A DNA stretch of 45,188 bases from a virus. Lineage: Duplodnaviria > Caudoviricetes. Of this stretch, positions 1 to 8,764 are shown piece after piece. Made by a program: the position numbers and the translations under genes. Below the pieces are notes generated by a model. That model worked only from the letters and a program-made list of their open reading frames with translations, did no database searches and had not been told where the DNA came from. Where the stretch lies: positions 1 through 45,188 of the IMG/VR virus record IMGVR_UViG_3300048575_000378; one strand, given 5' to 3'. Numbering within the stretch: position 1 is the stretch's first letter; the number at the start of each line of letters is the position of its first letter.

Positions 1-318
1 GTGACACGGACTTCCAGGGATTATCGCCTGCCGATCGAGATCCCCGAAAGCAGCGGCAGCTATCTCGACGCGCCATCTCCCGAAGAGGCGGATCGCGTGC
101 CCGACGGGCGGCGGATCGGCTGGTATCGGCAGGTGCTGGCCGAACTGGCCCGGGCGATCGCCGATGGCGCCGACGTGCGCGCCTTCCACGCCTGGACGCT
201 GCTCGACAATTTCCAGTGTGCGGAGGACCGTACCGACTTCCGGCCCCAGAAGCGAACGATCAAGGATTCGGGGCTATGGTACGGCCGGGTTGCCGCCACC
301 AATCGGCTGGATTGGTAA
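1..318 (+). pseudogene. Degenerate C-terminal fragment of a glycoside hydrolase family 1 beta-glucosidase
   Basis: GH1 motifs GADVRAFHAWTLLDNF and KRTIKDSGLWY are present. The ITENG nucleophile motif has decayed to IPESS, and the EWAEGY..RFGL segment is missing. Confidence 0.6.
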
Positions 319-365
319 CGGCCGTCTTCCATCGGCGCCCGGCGCGGCGCGCCGGGCGGTGAGCA

Positions 366-581
366 TCAGCCGGCGGCCGCGAATTCCACCGGAGCCGAGA
401 AGGCGCCCTCGCCGGCGAGATGACGGGCAGCCGCCCGCTCGGCTTCGGCGACGGAACCGTAGAACTGGCCGTCGAGATCCCAGACGTCATACTTGACGGC
501 GACGAAGCGAACCTGATCGCCGGCCGGCGCGGCAACAGCCACGGCCTTTCCGGCCACTTCTATGACAATTGGCTTGGACAT
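366..581 (-). CDS. Small hypothetical protein, 71 aa (host)
   Basis: ATG at 581 follows a purine-rich AGGGG; MSKPIVIEVAG...DLDGQFYGSVAEAERAA reads like a real protein. Confidence 0.65.
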   Translation of the reverse strand: MSKPIVIEVAGKAVAVAAPAGDQVRFVAVKYDVWDLDGQFYGSVAEAERAAARHLAGEGAFSAPVEFAAAG

Positions 582-660
582 AATAAATTTCCCCTGGCCT
601 GACGCCGGTGGCGAGACCATCATCCTGTCGATTACGTTTTTCGTGGAAAGTGTCAGATGC

Positions 661-768
661 TCAGCAAAGACACGTTCGCCATTGGCGTTTCGAGCCAAGA
701 TGATTGGGGCGGATCGTCGAACGGCATACATTCGTGCGCGCGATCCGCGTAAGCGAAATGTCTGTCAT
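661..768 (-). CDS. Putative 35-aa small or leader peptide MTDISLTRIARTNVCRSTIRPNHLGSKRQWRTCLC
   Basis: Perfect SD AAGGAGGT just upstream of the ATG at 768; too short for the ORF track. Confidence 0.45.
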   Translation of the reverse strand: MTDISLTRIARTNVCRSTIRPNHLGSKRQWRTCLC

Positions 769-1105
769 TTTGACCTCCTTTCCCAAGGGCAGAAGAGCGT
801 TGCTCTCCGGGGCAAACCGATAGCGATCAACAACGACCGAAATATGACGCCATCAGGTCGACTACCAGTCGTATTCCGACGACGCCGCGATGCCATCGCG
901 CCTGTCCTGCAATCAACCTGCCACAAGTGGATGCGGCACTCCAGAAACGAAATATCAAAGTGAGGAACAATCACGTGAACGAATTGCCGACAATTTGCAC
1001 GAATGTCACAGCGGCAGGCTCCCGGACGGATGCCGGCTACCGCTGACATCCTCGGTCTGCGCACCGGATCGACCGGAGCAGCGACCGCCTTTCCCGGTCC
1101 TGTGC

Positions 1106-1360
1106 CTATACCGAGCCGGTGTCCTTTCTCCTCCATCGGTTGTAGCGGCGCAGCACCCAGACCTCGGCGCGGCGACGCAGGCGGCGGGCCAGCGGCGAGT
1201 CCACCGAGAGGATGACGAGGCCGACCGGTATCATCCAGAAGCCGACCACCGGCAGGAAGCCGACAAGTCCCATGGCGACGAATGCGAACCCCAGGCCCAT
1301 GCGGAGAGGCCGGCTTCTCGGCAGTCGCACCCTCCGTCCCCGGAACTTCACATGAGCCAT
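1106..1360 (-). CDS. Small membrane protein (host, PGPGW-like)
   Basis: Hydrophobic hairpin GLVGFLPVVGFWMIPVGLVILS flanked by basic residues. Confidence 0.7.
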   Translation of the reverse strand: MAHVKFRGRRVRLPRSRPLRMGLGFAFVAMGLVGFLPVVGFWMIPVGLVILSVDSPLARRLRRRAEVWVLRRYNRWRRKDTGSV

Positions 1361-1573
1361 GGATCGCCTTTCCCTGCCGTTTCAAGCCGGCGGAAAACCG
1401 GTCCCGGACAAATAGGAAAGCAGCCGATCCTTTTCAAAGGCATGGTAGGGGAATGCGGGAAAACGCTGCCCCGGCGAAGGAAAAAGCCTTTCCAGGCCAT
1501 GCCGTTAGCCGCCCATTCCGGCCCACTCCCCGCCTTTTCGCGCGGCAAGCGCATTTTCCTCGCCGAGGGGGCT

Positions 1574-1601
1574 TTGCAAACCCGGACAGCTTTGTTATAC
1601 G
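1574..1601 (+). promoter_or_regulatory. sigma70-type promoter of tRNA-Asn
   Basis: TTGCAA (1574-1579), 16 nt, TATACG (1596-1601), just upstream of the tRNA. Confidence 0.6.
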
Positions 1602-1619
1602 CACCGCCACCGAAGCTGT

Positions 1620-1695
1620 TCCGCGATAGCTCAGTTGGTAGAGCAGGTGACTGTTAATCACCGGGTCGTAGGTTCGAGTCCTACTCGCGGAGCCA
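1620..1695 (+). tRNA. tRNA-Asn (GTT)
   Basis: 76-nt cloverleaf: acceptor stem TCCGCGA/TCGCGGA, anticodon arm GGTGA-CTGTTAA-TCACC, T-loop TTCGAGT, encoded CCA. Confidence 0.97.
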
Positions 1696-1844
1696 TCGGT
1701 TTCCCAAGGAAATCAAAACCTTATTCGTGTGCGCGATGCACATCGCAAGGCTCGTGCGGCGGCCGCATAGCCGCACGTGAAACCGGCAGAAAACCCCACG
1801 GAAAAGCGGCGTTTACAGCGATCGCGATTTGACCGTTGGGGCGG

Positions 1845-1889
1845 TGTAGCGCGCAAAATCAAATGGCGCTCTGCGCAAGATCACTTGGC
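1845..1889. repeat. Candidate prophage R end with two transposase-binding repeats
   Basis: Terminal TG at 1845, then GCGCAAAATCAAATGGC (1851-1867) and GCGCAAGATCACTTGGC (1873-1889): 14/17 identical, 22-bp period. Confidence 0.7.
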
Positions 1890-2621
1890 ACCCGCTGAAA
1901 TGATCGCCTGCACCCTCTCGCATGCGATCTCGAAATAGGTCGGGTCCACTTCGATGCCGACATACTCCAGCCCCAGCTCTAGGCAGGCGATGCCGACTGT
2001 CGCCGACCCCATGAACGGGTCGAGGATCGGCCCCTGCATGACACCGAGCAGCCCACGCATCAGCTCGACCGGCTTACCGGCGATGTGGTGTTTGAGCCTC
2101 GGCACCGGCATCCTGAAGCAGCCCGGCGCGATCGGGCCGGCAAGCGGCCGAGCACCGTTGGTCCCCCAAGCCACGAATTCGGTCTGGTTGCGATAGCGGC
2201 CGAGCTGCGGCCGTGCACTCTCGGTCTTGTCCCAGGGGACGATACCTCGCCAGATCCAGCCGGCGCACTGCACGGCGTCGGTCGTGACCGGGAGCTGGCG
2301 CCAGTCGCTGAAGGTGGCGAGAAGGCCTTCCGGCATGACCAGCTCGCGAGCACGGGCCATCCACATGGTCGACCACGCCAGATAGGATCGTTGGTCCCTC
2401 GTATCCCCCTGAAATTCGGGATATCTGCCGGCAGCGCCGGATTGCAGATACTTGGCGCTGGTCGGCATGGCCTTGTCACGGACGTTGCCGCCCGAGCTAT
2501 AGGGCGGATCGGTGAGCACGGCGCCGAAGTGACCGACCTCGAGCGAGGCCAGCACCTCCAGCGCGTCACCGAGGATCAGGGTGATATTGGTTCCGAAGTG
2601 TTCGATCCGAGCCCGAGCCAT
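1881..2621 (-). CDS. DNA N6-adenine/N4-cytosine methyltransferase (beta class) in the mom position
   Basis: Catalytic TDPPY motif precedes the SAM-binding ILDPFMGSATVG motif. The start ATG at 2621 follows GAGG. Confidence 0.9.
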   Translation of the reverse strand: MARARIEHFGTNITLILGDALEVLASLEVGHFGAVLTDPPYSSGGNVRDKAMPTSAKYLQSGAAGRYPEFQGDTRDQRSYLAWSTMWMARARELVMPEGLLATFSDWRQLPVTTDAVQCAGWIWRGIVPWDKTESARPQLGRYRNQTEFVAWGTNGARPLAGPIAPGCFRMPVPRLKHHIAGKPVELMRGLLGVMQGPILDPFMGSATVGIACLELGLEYVGIEVDPTYFEIACERVQAIISAGAK

Positions 2622-2784
2622 TGTTATCATCCTCACGGCGCTCGCGGCGCTCTGGAGTGGGCTCGATCGGCCTCATGGATATCAGCCGGCCGCAGCGCCG
2701 GCACTTGATCTCAAGGTGTCCTCGAAGAGCGTTTGAAGCCGCTTTGAACAGCAGCGCTCCACAGGAACAGCGATGGTCCTGCAT
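2566..2784 (-). CDS. com: Mu Com-like zinc-finger translational regulator
   Basis: RCSCGALLFK...EIKCRRCG; overlaps the start of the modification gene, as com does with mom in Mu. Confidence 0.85.
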   Translation of the reverse strand: MQDHRCSCGALLFKAASNALRGHLEIKCRRCGRLISMRPIEPTPERRERREDDNNGSGSDRTLRNQYHPDPR

Positions 2785-2841
2785 TGTGTCGCCTGACGAA
2801 TCCTGCCACCCCGGAGCCGGCGCCGATGGCGCTGGCGGAGT

Positions 2842-2926
2842 GGCGATCAGGCTAGTCCTCGCCTTGCGGGTTACGACGCCAATCTAGTCCCGCAGCGGGT
2901 TATCCCGCCTCCGTCTCCCGATCGCC
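2842..2926 (-). promoter_or_regulatory. Structured leader upstream of com
   Basis: Closing inverted repeat GGCGATC/GATCGCC, hairpin GCGGG-TTAT-CCCGC (2895-2908), and duplicated CTAGTCC and GCGGGTTA. Confidence 0.45.
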
Positions 2927-2935
2927 CAAGTGCGA

Positions 2936-3262
2936 TTACATCAGCCACTCTCGGAGCGCCGCTTCCGGCGTCACCACCTCGCCGCCGATCTGGGGCGGCT
3001 CACCGTCGCCCCACCACAGGAGGTTGACGTGCCAGCCCGGAAGCGGCGTCATGACGGGCTCGCCCTCGGTGCCAGTCATCGCCCGGAGCACGCCGATCAT
3101 GTCGATGTCGCAGCGGACGCCACCCGCGTCGACGAGCGGCGGTACCGTCTCGGTGCCGGTCTCCGGATCGGTCGTGAGCCAGCCGGCGGCCTTGAGGGCG
3201 GCGATGGCGGCGGCGTGATTGACAAAGCGCAGTCGGATGGTCTGCATGATCAGGCGCTCCAT
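2936..3262 (-). CDS. Hypothetical protein, probable fibre-associated or chaperone protein
   Basis: Overlaps the 3' end of the spike-fibre gene; C-terminal PGWHVNL motif. Confidence 0.65.
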   Translation of the reverse strand: MERLIMQTIRLRFVNHAAAIAALKAAGWLTTDPETGTETVPPLVDAGGVRCDIDMIGVLRAMTGTEGEPVMTPLPGWHVNLLWWGDGEPPQIGGEVVTPEAALREWLM

Positions 3263-4485
3263 GCTCTGGCTTGGCCCTGGCAGCCGGTTGCCGTAGGGCG
3301 GTCGGGGAGGCGCCAGGCGACAAGCTCGTCGACGTCGAGAATCTGACCAGCGACGAGGCTGTCACGCGCCCCGACATACATTGCGGCGCGGCTGTATGTG
3401 GGGATTGCGGCATCGCCGACGGCCGCTTGCGTGTTGATGGCGATGATGCGCCCGGAAGCGCCCCAGCCGAAACACGAAGCCACCTGGCCGGGCGCTATGC
3501 CTGTCCGGTCTCCGACTACCGAGTTGCCGCCTTGCAATCGCACGGCGGATGGATCGGCCACCCCGCAGTTCAGATAGGGGCCATCCGTCGCACTGAACAA
3601 CCCTTGCCCGGAGATCGCTACCGGCACATTTCCCCGCCACGCCCAGGCGGTTGCCGCTCCGGCATTCGGCCACAGCGGCGCCACGTCGGCCGGCCGGGTG
3701 ACGGTGGCGCCTGACGTGGGGATGTAGGAGGTGGCGATAGACCCGGTCTCGACTTGCCAGCAATCGATGTCGATCGATGCACCAGCGGTAGGTGTTTGTG
3801 TCCCATCAACGCCGTCAAATGGGTCAATCCTGACTTTCAAGCCCGTTGACGTCATACCGGCCGGAAACACCTTGGTCAGTGAGTACCGGGCCCAGGCCGA
3901 GGTGAGGATGATATCCGTGAAAGCGATCTGTTCGTTTCCGACGGCGCCGTACATGTACACCCGCGCTCGGGGGGCATTCCCAGCGGCAATATTTAGTCTC
4001 AGCCAAACAGAAAAAGTGATCGTCAAACCACTCGGCGCGATAGCTACACTTCGTAAGCAGTTAGGGTCTGTTTCCCCGGTCATCGTCAGGCGGACGGCAT
4101 TGGTCTGGCCGTTCGGTCCGGCGAATCCATCAGCGAACGAGAGGCGGGTAATCGCGAGCCCGGTTTTACTGTAGGAGTTGGCGAGCAGATTGGTGGCCTG
4201 CCCCTCGAATTTGAGTCGCCGGAGACCGGACGCATGGTCGTAGGCGAGCACATTGGCGGCGACCTGTTGCAGCGTGCCATCCTTGCCGATGACGTATTTG
4301 ACGCCGCCCTGGCGCGAGATCAGCGCGCCGTCGCTCGCCGCCTTGCCATCGAGCATCGAGCGGCCGGAGGCTGGCGACAGGATGGCGGCCGGAGCGACGC
4401 CGTCAAGGCGGTGGCGGGCGGTGAGCCACCAGCTGTTGCCGGCAAGGGTGGGAGCCTCGGTGAGGCACAGTCCTATTTCCAGCAT
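3250..4485 (-). CDS. Head-spike fibre-like protein (RcGTA Rcc01080/GhsB-like domain)
   Basis: EGQATNLL and QVETGSIATSYIPTSGATVTRPAD motifs; follows the spike-base gene. Confidence 0.7.
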   Translation of the reverse strand: MLEIGLCLTEAPTLAGNSWWLTARHRLDGVAPAAILSPASGRSMLDGKAASDGALISRQGGVKYVIGKDGTLQQVAANVLAYDHASGLRRLKFEGQATNLLANSYSKTGLAITRLSFADGFAGPNGQTNAVRLTMTGETDPNCLRSVAIAPSGLTITFSVWLRLNIAAGNAPRARVYMYGAVGNEQIAFTDIILTSAWARYSLTKVFPAGMTSTGLKVRIDPFDGVDGTQTPTAGASIDIDCWQVETGSIATSYIPTSGATVTRPADVAPLWPNAGAATAWAWRGNVPVAISGQGLFSATDGPYLNCGVADPSAVRLQGGNSVVGDRTGIAPGQVASCFGWGASGRIIAINTQAAVGDAAIPTYSRAAMYVGARDSLVAGQILDVDELVAWRLPDRPTATGCQGQARAWSA

Positions 4486-4492
4486 GGCGGCC

Positions 4493-4762
4493 TCACCAGA
4501 CGGCGACGATGTCGGAAGCCGTGGTGCCGGCGGCCAGCACGCGGGCGGCGCGCACCGGCATCCAGCCGCTGGCGCCGACCAGCGTCACCGTCGAGCCGCC
4601 GACCGTGACGATCGCCAGGTTGCCGGCCGTGCCGACGTAGAGCGCCCGGCTCGCGGTGGCGAGATCGGTGCTGTCGCTCGGCGTGACGGCGGCGGCGTAG
4701 CTGATTGGGCCGTCGATCGACCTGACCGCTTGAAATTTGTCCGCTTCGGCGGCGTTTGCCAT
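4493..4762 (-). CDS. Head-spike base protein (RcGTA Rcc01079/GhsA-like)
   Basis: 89 aa: AVTPSDSTDL..SRALYVGTAGNL...PVRAARVLAAGTTASDIVAVW. Confidence 0.8.
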   Translation of the reverse strand: MANAAEADKFQAVRSIDGPISYAAAVTPSDSTDLATASRALYVGTAGNLAIVTVGGSTVTLVGASGWMPVRAARVLAAGTTASDIVAVW

Positions 4763-4772
4763 GTGATCCTCC

Positions 4773-5291
4773 TCAGGTGCTGGCCGGCCACTCGACCACC
4801 GGCAGGCCAGCGATCAGCGCCTCGGCGGTCGGCACGGTTGCGGTGCCGGCCTCGACGGAGGCGAGCAACGCAAAGACGCTTGTCCACACCGCGTCGCGCC
4901 ACGCCACAAACACCGTCGCCTCAGCTGCCCACTTGGCGACGGTCGAGGTGGCGTAGCTGGCGCAAGCGGCGCCGTTGTCGTAGCCGCGCGCCGCGGCCAC
5001 GGCGTCGACGTGGGCGGCGACCAGACGCCGCGCCTCCTCGGTCGCTTCGGCCAGCGTGCGGTCGCGCAGCTGGTGCACGTAGGTCGGCACGCCAGCGACG
5101 TCCTCGACGGTCATGCCCATCGACACCTTGCCCTCCGGCACCGGATCGGCGGCGGCCGGCACGTAGAGGCCGATCGTCGCCAGCTCCTCGGCCGTCCAGG
5201 CCGTCTCGATGCCGAGCGGATGGCGGACGTCGTCAATCGGCTCGCCGGCCCAGGCGACGTAGCCGCCGATGGTCTTGAGATAGAGCGTCAT
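4773..5291 (-). CDS. Tail fibre assembly-like protein
   Basis: AARGYDN..ACASYATS...EATVFVAWRDAVW motif; located after the fibre genes. Confidence 0.7.
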   Translation of the reverse strand: MTLYLKTIGGYVAWAGEPIDDVRHPLGIETAWTAEELATIGLYVPAAADPVPEGKVSMGMTVEDVAGVPTYVHQLRDRTLAEATEEARRLVAAHVDAVAAARGYDNGAACASYATSTVAKWAAEATVFVAWRDAVWTSVFALLASVEAGTATVPTAEALIAGLPVVEWPAST

Positions 5292-5298
5292 GGTCTCC

Positions 5299-5979
5299 TC
5301 ACGTGCTGCTCATGGCGATGGCGGACAGGCGCTGGCAGTAGATGTCGGCGCCGGTGGCGAAGATGCTGGTAGTCGTGCGATCGAGCATCAGCGTTGCGGA
5401 CAGGCTGGACGACGCGCCACCCGGCGATGACAGGGTCAGCGCCGTTGCAGAGACATAGGATTTGTGAAGTGCGAAAACCCTGCTGAAGGTGTTAGGCACC
5501 TTATTGTTTTCCGATGCGAAAACGATCGAGTTGGCCGGCGCCGTGAGGTTGATCGTCGTGGTCGAACCATCGACTATGTTGGCGCCTGCCGTCGAGACCA
5601 GCGGCGCCACGCCGGTGCCGATGTAGGGCCAGATGTCGACAACGACGTCGGTCACCGCGACCGACGTGACGACGTCCACGTCGACGACGTCGTCCGCCTC
5701 GCTGTCGAAAATCCAGAACGAGGTGTCGAAGCTGTTGGTCGACGTCGGTTGGTACAGCAGCGCTGCCGGCTCGCCGTTGACCAGCAGAGACGCCACCTGC
5801 GGATTGGCGATGACCCCCATCAGGCTCACCGCCAGGATCAGCTTGCGACCCGAGCCCGCGCTCGAGGCCGCGAGCTGATTGAACAGAAACGACGTCTTGG
5901 CCGTGCCCGTCATGTAGTTGGGCGTCGCCGGCGATCGCGGGACGTAGTCGCCGACGAAATAATCCGACCAGGGCAGCAT
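5299..5979 (-). CDS. Putative receptor-binding or fibre tip protein, 226 aa
   Basis: ATG at 5979 overlaps the TAA of the upstream fibre gene (TAATG); beta-rich Ser/Thr/Val composition. Confidence 0.65.
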   Translation of the reverse strand: MLPWSDYFVGDYVPRSPATPNYMTGTAKTSFLFNQLAASSAGSGRKLILAVSLMGVIANPQVASLLVNGEPAALLYQPTSTNSFDTSFWIFDSEADDVVDVDVVTSVAVTDVVVDIWPYIGTGVAPLVSTAGANIVDGSTTTINLTAPANSIVFASENNKVPNTFSRVFALHKSYVSATALTLSSPGGASSSLSATLMLDRTTTSIFATGADIYCQRLSAIAMSST

Positions 5980-6593
5980 TATCCCACCGCCTTGCTCATC
6001 GAGCCGAGGACCTGGGTGGCCGACAGCACATGATAGTGGATGGTGGTCATCGAGCCGGCGGCGGCGTTGATCGCCGGCACGACGCCGCGGGAAAATTTCC
6101 AGTTGCTCCCAAAACTGAGCGTTCGGCCGCCGGTGGCGTCCTGGCTGACGATGATGACGCCGGACTGGCCGACCTTGGGATTGGTCGGTGTCGCCAAGGT
6201 GCGGTTGCCACCGATCGTAACGCTGAAATTGAGGCCCGTGCTGAGGTCGAGAGCGATCGAGGCGGCGTCGACCAGCGGCACCAACGCGCCGGCACCCCAA
6301 AGGCGATCGACGCGCGTGAGCTTTTCCGCGACGCCGGCGCGAACCTCTGCCGTGCTGGCGACGGCCACGACGGCGTTGATGAGCGTGGTGATCGCCGCCT
6401 TGAGCTGGGTCCAGTTGTTGGGATCGGGCACCAGACCGGCCTGCTCGATCAGGTACAGCAGCTCCTCCTGCAGCGCATTGAACCAGGCCGGCGCCAGCTC
6501 GGTGCCGTACAGCCCCGCTGCCTGGTTGCGCTTGCGAAAGCCTCGGCGGCCACCGCCGATGTCGATCCAGTTCTCGCCGTTGATGCGGTCCAT
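5979..6593 (-). CDS. Short tail fibre protein (Mu gp49/S-like N-terminal anchor)
   Basis: MDRING...GT.LAPAWFNALQEEL...PDPNNWTQL anchor; C-terminal QDATGGRTLSFG domain. Confidence 0.8.
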   Translation of the reverse strand: MDRINGENWIDIGGGRRGFRKRNQAAGLYGTELAPAWFNALQEELLYLIEQAGLVPDPNNWTQLKAAITTLINAVVAVASTAEVRAGVAEKLTRVDRLWGAGALVPLVDAASIALDLSTGLNFSVTIGGNRTLATPTNPKVGQSGVIIVSQDATGGRTLSFGSNWKFSRGVVPAINAAAGSMTTIHYHVLSATQVLGSMSKAVG

Positions 6594-6602
6594 GATCAGT
6601 CC

Positions 6603-7196
6603 TCAGCTGTAGGAAAAAACGACGGTGGTATGCGCCGGCTTGTAGCGGCGGATCAGGCACTCGATAGGCGACAGCCCGAATTCGCCGAGGTAGTCGCCGC
6701 AAACCGTCACGCCGCACTCGGCGTCGGTCACCCAGATCAGCGGCAGGCTGACCACCCAGACGAACTGTTCGGGGGCGTTGATCAGCTCGGCGCCGCACTC
6801 GTCGCCGGCCTCGGTCGGCCAGCAGGTCTCGACCGTGATGGTGATGCCGTAGGCGGCGGCCAGTGCGATGAAGTAGGCGGCCGAGGCGCCGCCCTTGCGC
6901 GTCCAGCGGCGCCAGGCCTGCAGGCGGCGCTTGCCGAGCGCGCCGGCAGCGTCGTCGAGGCCGCAGGGGTCCGGCCCGAGCACCCGCTCGAAGTCGGCCA
7001 GCATGGCGTCGGCGGTGGCCGGGTTGATCTCGGTCTTGAGCGTCGCGACGATCGCCTCGAGGCGGGCGATGGCCGCGGCGATCGGCTTGAGCGTCTTGAC
7101 GAGGTTGGAGGTGGCCGCGCGCGCCCAGGCGCGGCCGGGCGGCAGCAGCGTCAGGAGGTCGGCGAGCACGGCGCCGGTGGTGCGGGCGTCCCTCAT
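6603..7196 (-). CDS. Baseplate protein gp48 (YmfQ/DUF2313)
   Basis: LLPPGRAW, FERVLGPDPC and ECLIRRYKPAHT motifs. Confidence 0.88.
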   Translation of the reverse strand: MRDARTTGAVLADLLTLLPPGRAWARAATSNLVKTLKPIAAAIARLEAIVATLKTEINPATADAMLADFERVLGPDPCGLDDAAGALGKRRLQAWRRWTRKGGASAAYFIALAAAYGITITVETCWPTEAGDECGAELINAPEQFVWVVSLPLIWVTDAECGVTVCGDYLGEFGLSPIECLIRRYKPAHTTVVFSYS

Positions 7197-8293
7197 AGCG
7201 CCTCCGTCACGCTGACGGTACCCGGCACCAATATCTGGACGCTGGTCGGCGCCACGTCGGCGGCCGGCGTCGCGAGGTGATGCCAGTCCTCGCCGGCCGC
7301 CCGCGAGATGCGTTCCTCCAGCCTGGAAAATCGCAGCGCCTCGCCGATCTGGATGTCCTTGCTCCGAAAGTAGCCGGCCACCGCCGTCCGGACGGCCGCC
7401 TCGACCTGGGCGCTGTAGGGCGAGACGGCGACGGCGACGTCCTGAGCGCGCAGCGTGGCGGCAAGCGCGATCACCCTGGCGGTGACCGGCTTGACCTCGT
7501 CGAGATAGGCCTGCGCCACGGCCACCTCGGCCGGCGTCGCCGCCCGGAAATTGCCGTCGTCGTCGGCCATGCAGATGACGACGCCGACCGAGCCGGCGCC
7601 GATCCAGGCGTCGTAGACGGCGATGCGCGCCACCGATGGCAGCGCCGCCTTGACCCACGTCCGGTAGTCGGCCACCGCGCCGCCGTGCGCCGGCTCGCGG
7701 ATACGGTCGAGCAATGCCTGGCGCCAGTCGTCGACGCTCTGGCGGTCGCTGCCGCCGGCGATGCCGCCGGGCGCCACGGTGGCGGTCTGCACGGCGAGGC
7801 CGGCGATCGCCGTCTGCAGCGTCAGCCTTGCGCCGGCGACCTGATTGGAGCTGGCGCCGACGGCCGCCGCGCTGACGGTCACCGTCACGCTCTCGGTGCC
7901 GTCGATCGTCGTGGTGGCGCCCGTCGACCAGGTGGCGCCGGACAGCGTCAGGATGGTGCCGGCCGGGATCACCGTCCCCTCGACGCCCGCGAATATCACG
8001 TCGCCGGTGGCGATGGCGCCGGGCAGGCGGTCGACGCCCCAGATGCGGGCGTGCCAGGGCAGGACCGAATCGTCGCACTTGTCCGGGAACAGCTGCCGAG
8101 CCACCCAGCCGAGGTAGAGATAGACCGGATAGAGGGCGAGACCGATCACCCGCGCGATGACGGCGAGGAGCGACCGATTGGAGCGGGCGTCGACGACGCG
8201 GGCGTTACCGTCAGCGTCGGTGGCCAGCGCCTCCTCGAAATCCGTCGAGGCCTGGTCGGCGATCTCCGTGGGCTTGGGGATGGTCCAGGACAT
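7193..8293 (-). CDS. Baseplate J-like wedge protein gp47
   Basis: QLFPDKCD, GGSDRQS and PAHGGAVADY..W motifs. Confidence 0.9.
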   Translation of the reverse strand: MSWTIPKPTEIADQASTDFEEALATDADGNARVVDARSNRSLLAVIARVIGLALYPVYLYLGWVARQLFPDKCDDSVLPWHARIWGVDRLPGAIATGDVIFAGVEGTVIPAGTILTLSGATWSTGATTTIDGTESVTVTVSAAAVGASSNQVAGARLTLQTAIAGLAVQTATVAPGGIAGGSDRQSVDDWRQALLDRIREPAHGGAVADYRTWVKAALPSVARIAVYDAWIGAGSVGVVICMADDDGNFRAATPAEVAVAQAYLDEVKPVTARVIALAATLRAQDVAVAVSPYSAQVEAAVRTAVAGYFRSKDIQIGEALRFSRLEERISRAAGEDWHHLATPAADVAPTSVQILVPGTVSVTEAL

Positions 8294-8757
8294 CAAGTCA
8301 CCTTGCGGACGAGGGAGACGGCGGTGCCGTCGATCGACGCCCGGATGGCGAGGACGCCGGACCGCGCCCAGCTGACGGCGATCTCCGGCGCCACGCCGTA
8401 CTCGTCGGCCGACCAGGACAGCGCCTCGTCGACATAGGATTCGGCGAGCGCCCGCGTCTCCTCGTCGTCATGGGCGCGGGAGAGCAGCCAGAGGCGGCTG
8501 CCGACGCGGCGGCCGGCCCGGTCGAGCGCATCGCCGATCCAGCCGCGCCGCTCGTCCCAGGAGGCCGGGGCGCCGAGGTCGGACACGCCGGCCGGCAGAT
8601 CGTCGTCGCTGGCCGCCCGGCGATCGGAAAAGATGCTGACCAGCATCGCCGTCGCCGGCGTCGACGACAGCACCAGGTCGCCATCGGCGAACGCCAGGTC
8701 GCAGCCGAGGCGCGCGGCATCGAAGACGAGAGAGAGGTCGTAAGGAAATCCGGCCAT
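8293..8757 (-). CDS. Baseplate protein gp46
   Basis: SIFSDRRA, RRGWIGD and GSRLWLLSR motifs. Confidence 0.9.
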   Translation of the reverse strand: MAGFPYDLSLVFDAARLGCDLAFADGDLVLSSTPATAMLVSIFSDRRAASDDDLPAGVSDLGAPASWDERRGWIGDALDRAGRRVGSRLWLLSRAHDDEETRALAESYVDEALSWSADEYGVAPEIAVSWARSGVLAIRASIDGTAVSLVRKVT

Positions 8758-8764
8758 GCCGGCG

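Noticed and set aside
1620-1845. tRNA-Asn as the attB site of an integrase-type prophage
   Set aside because: No integrase or duplicated tRNA 3' end in the window; the phage encodes a DDE transposase.
3250-6593. Diversity-generating retroelement or invertible host-range cassette
   Set aside because: No reverse transcriptase, TR/VR pair, invertase or inverted fibre copy seen.
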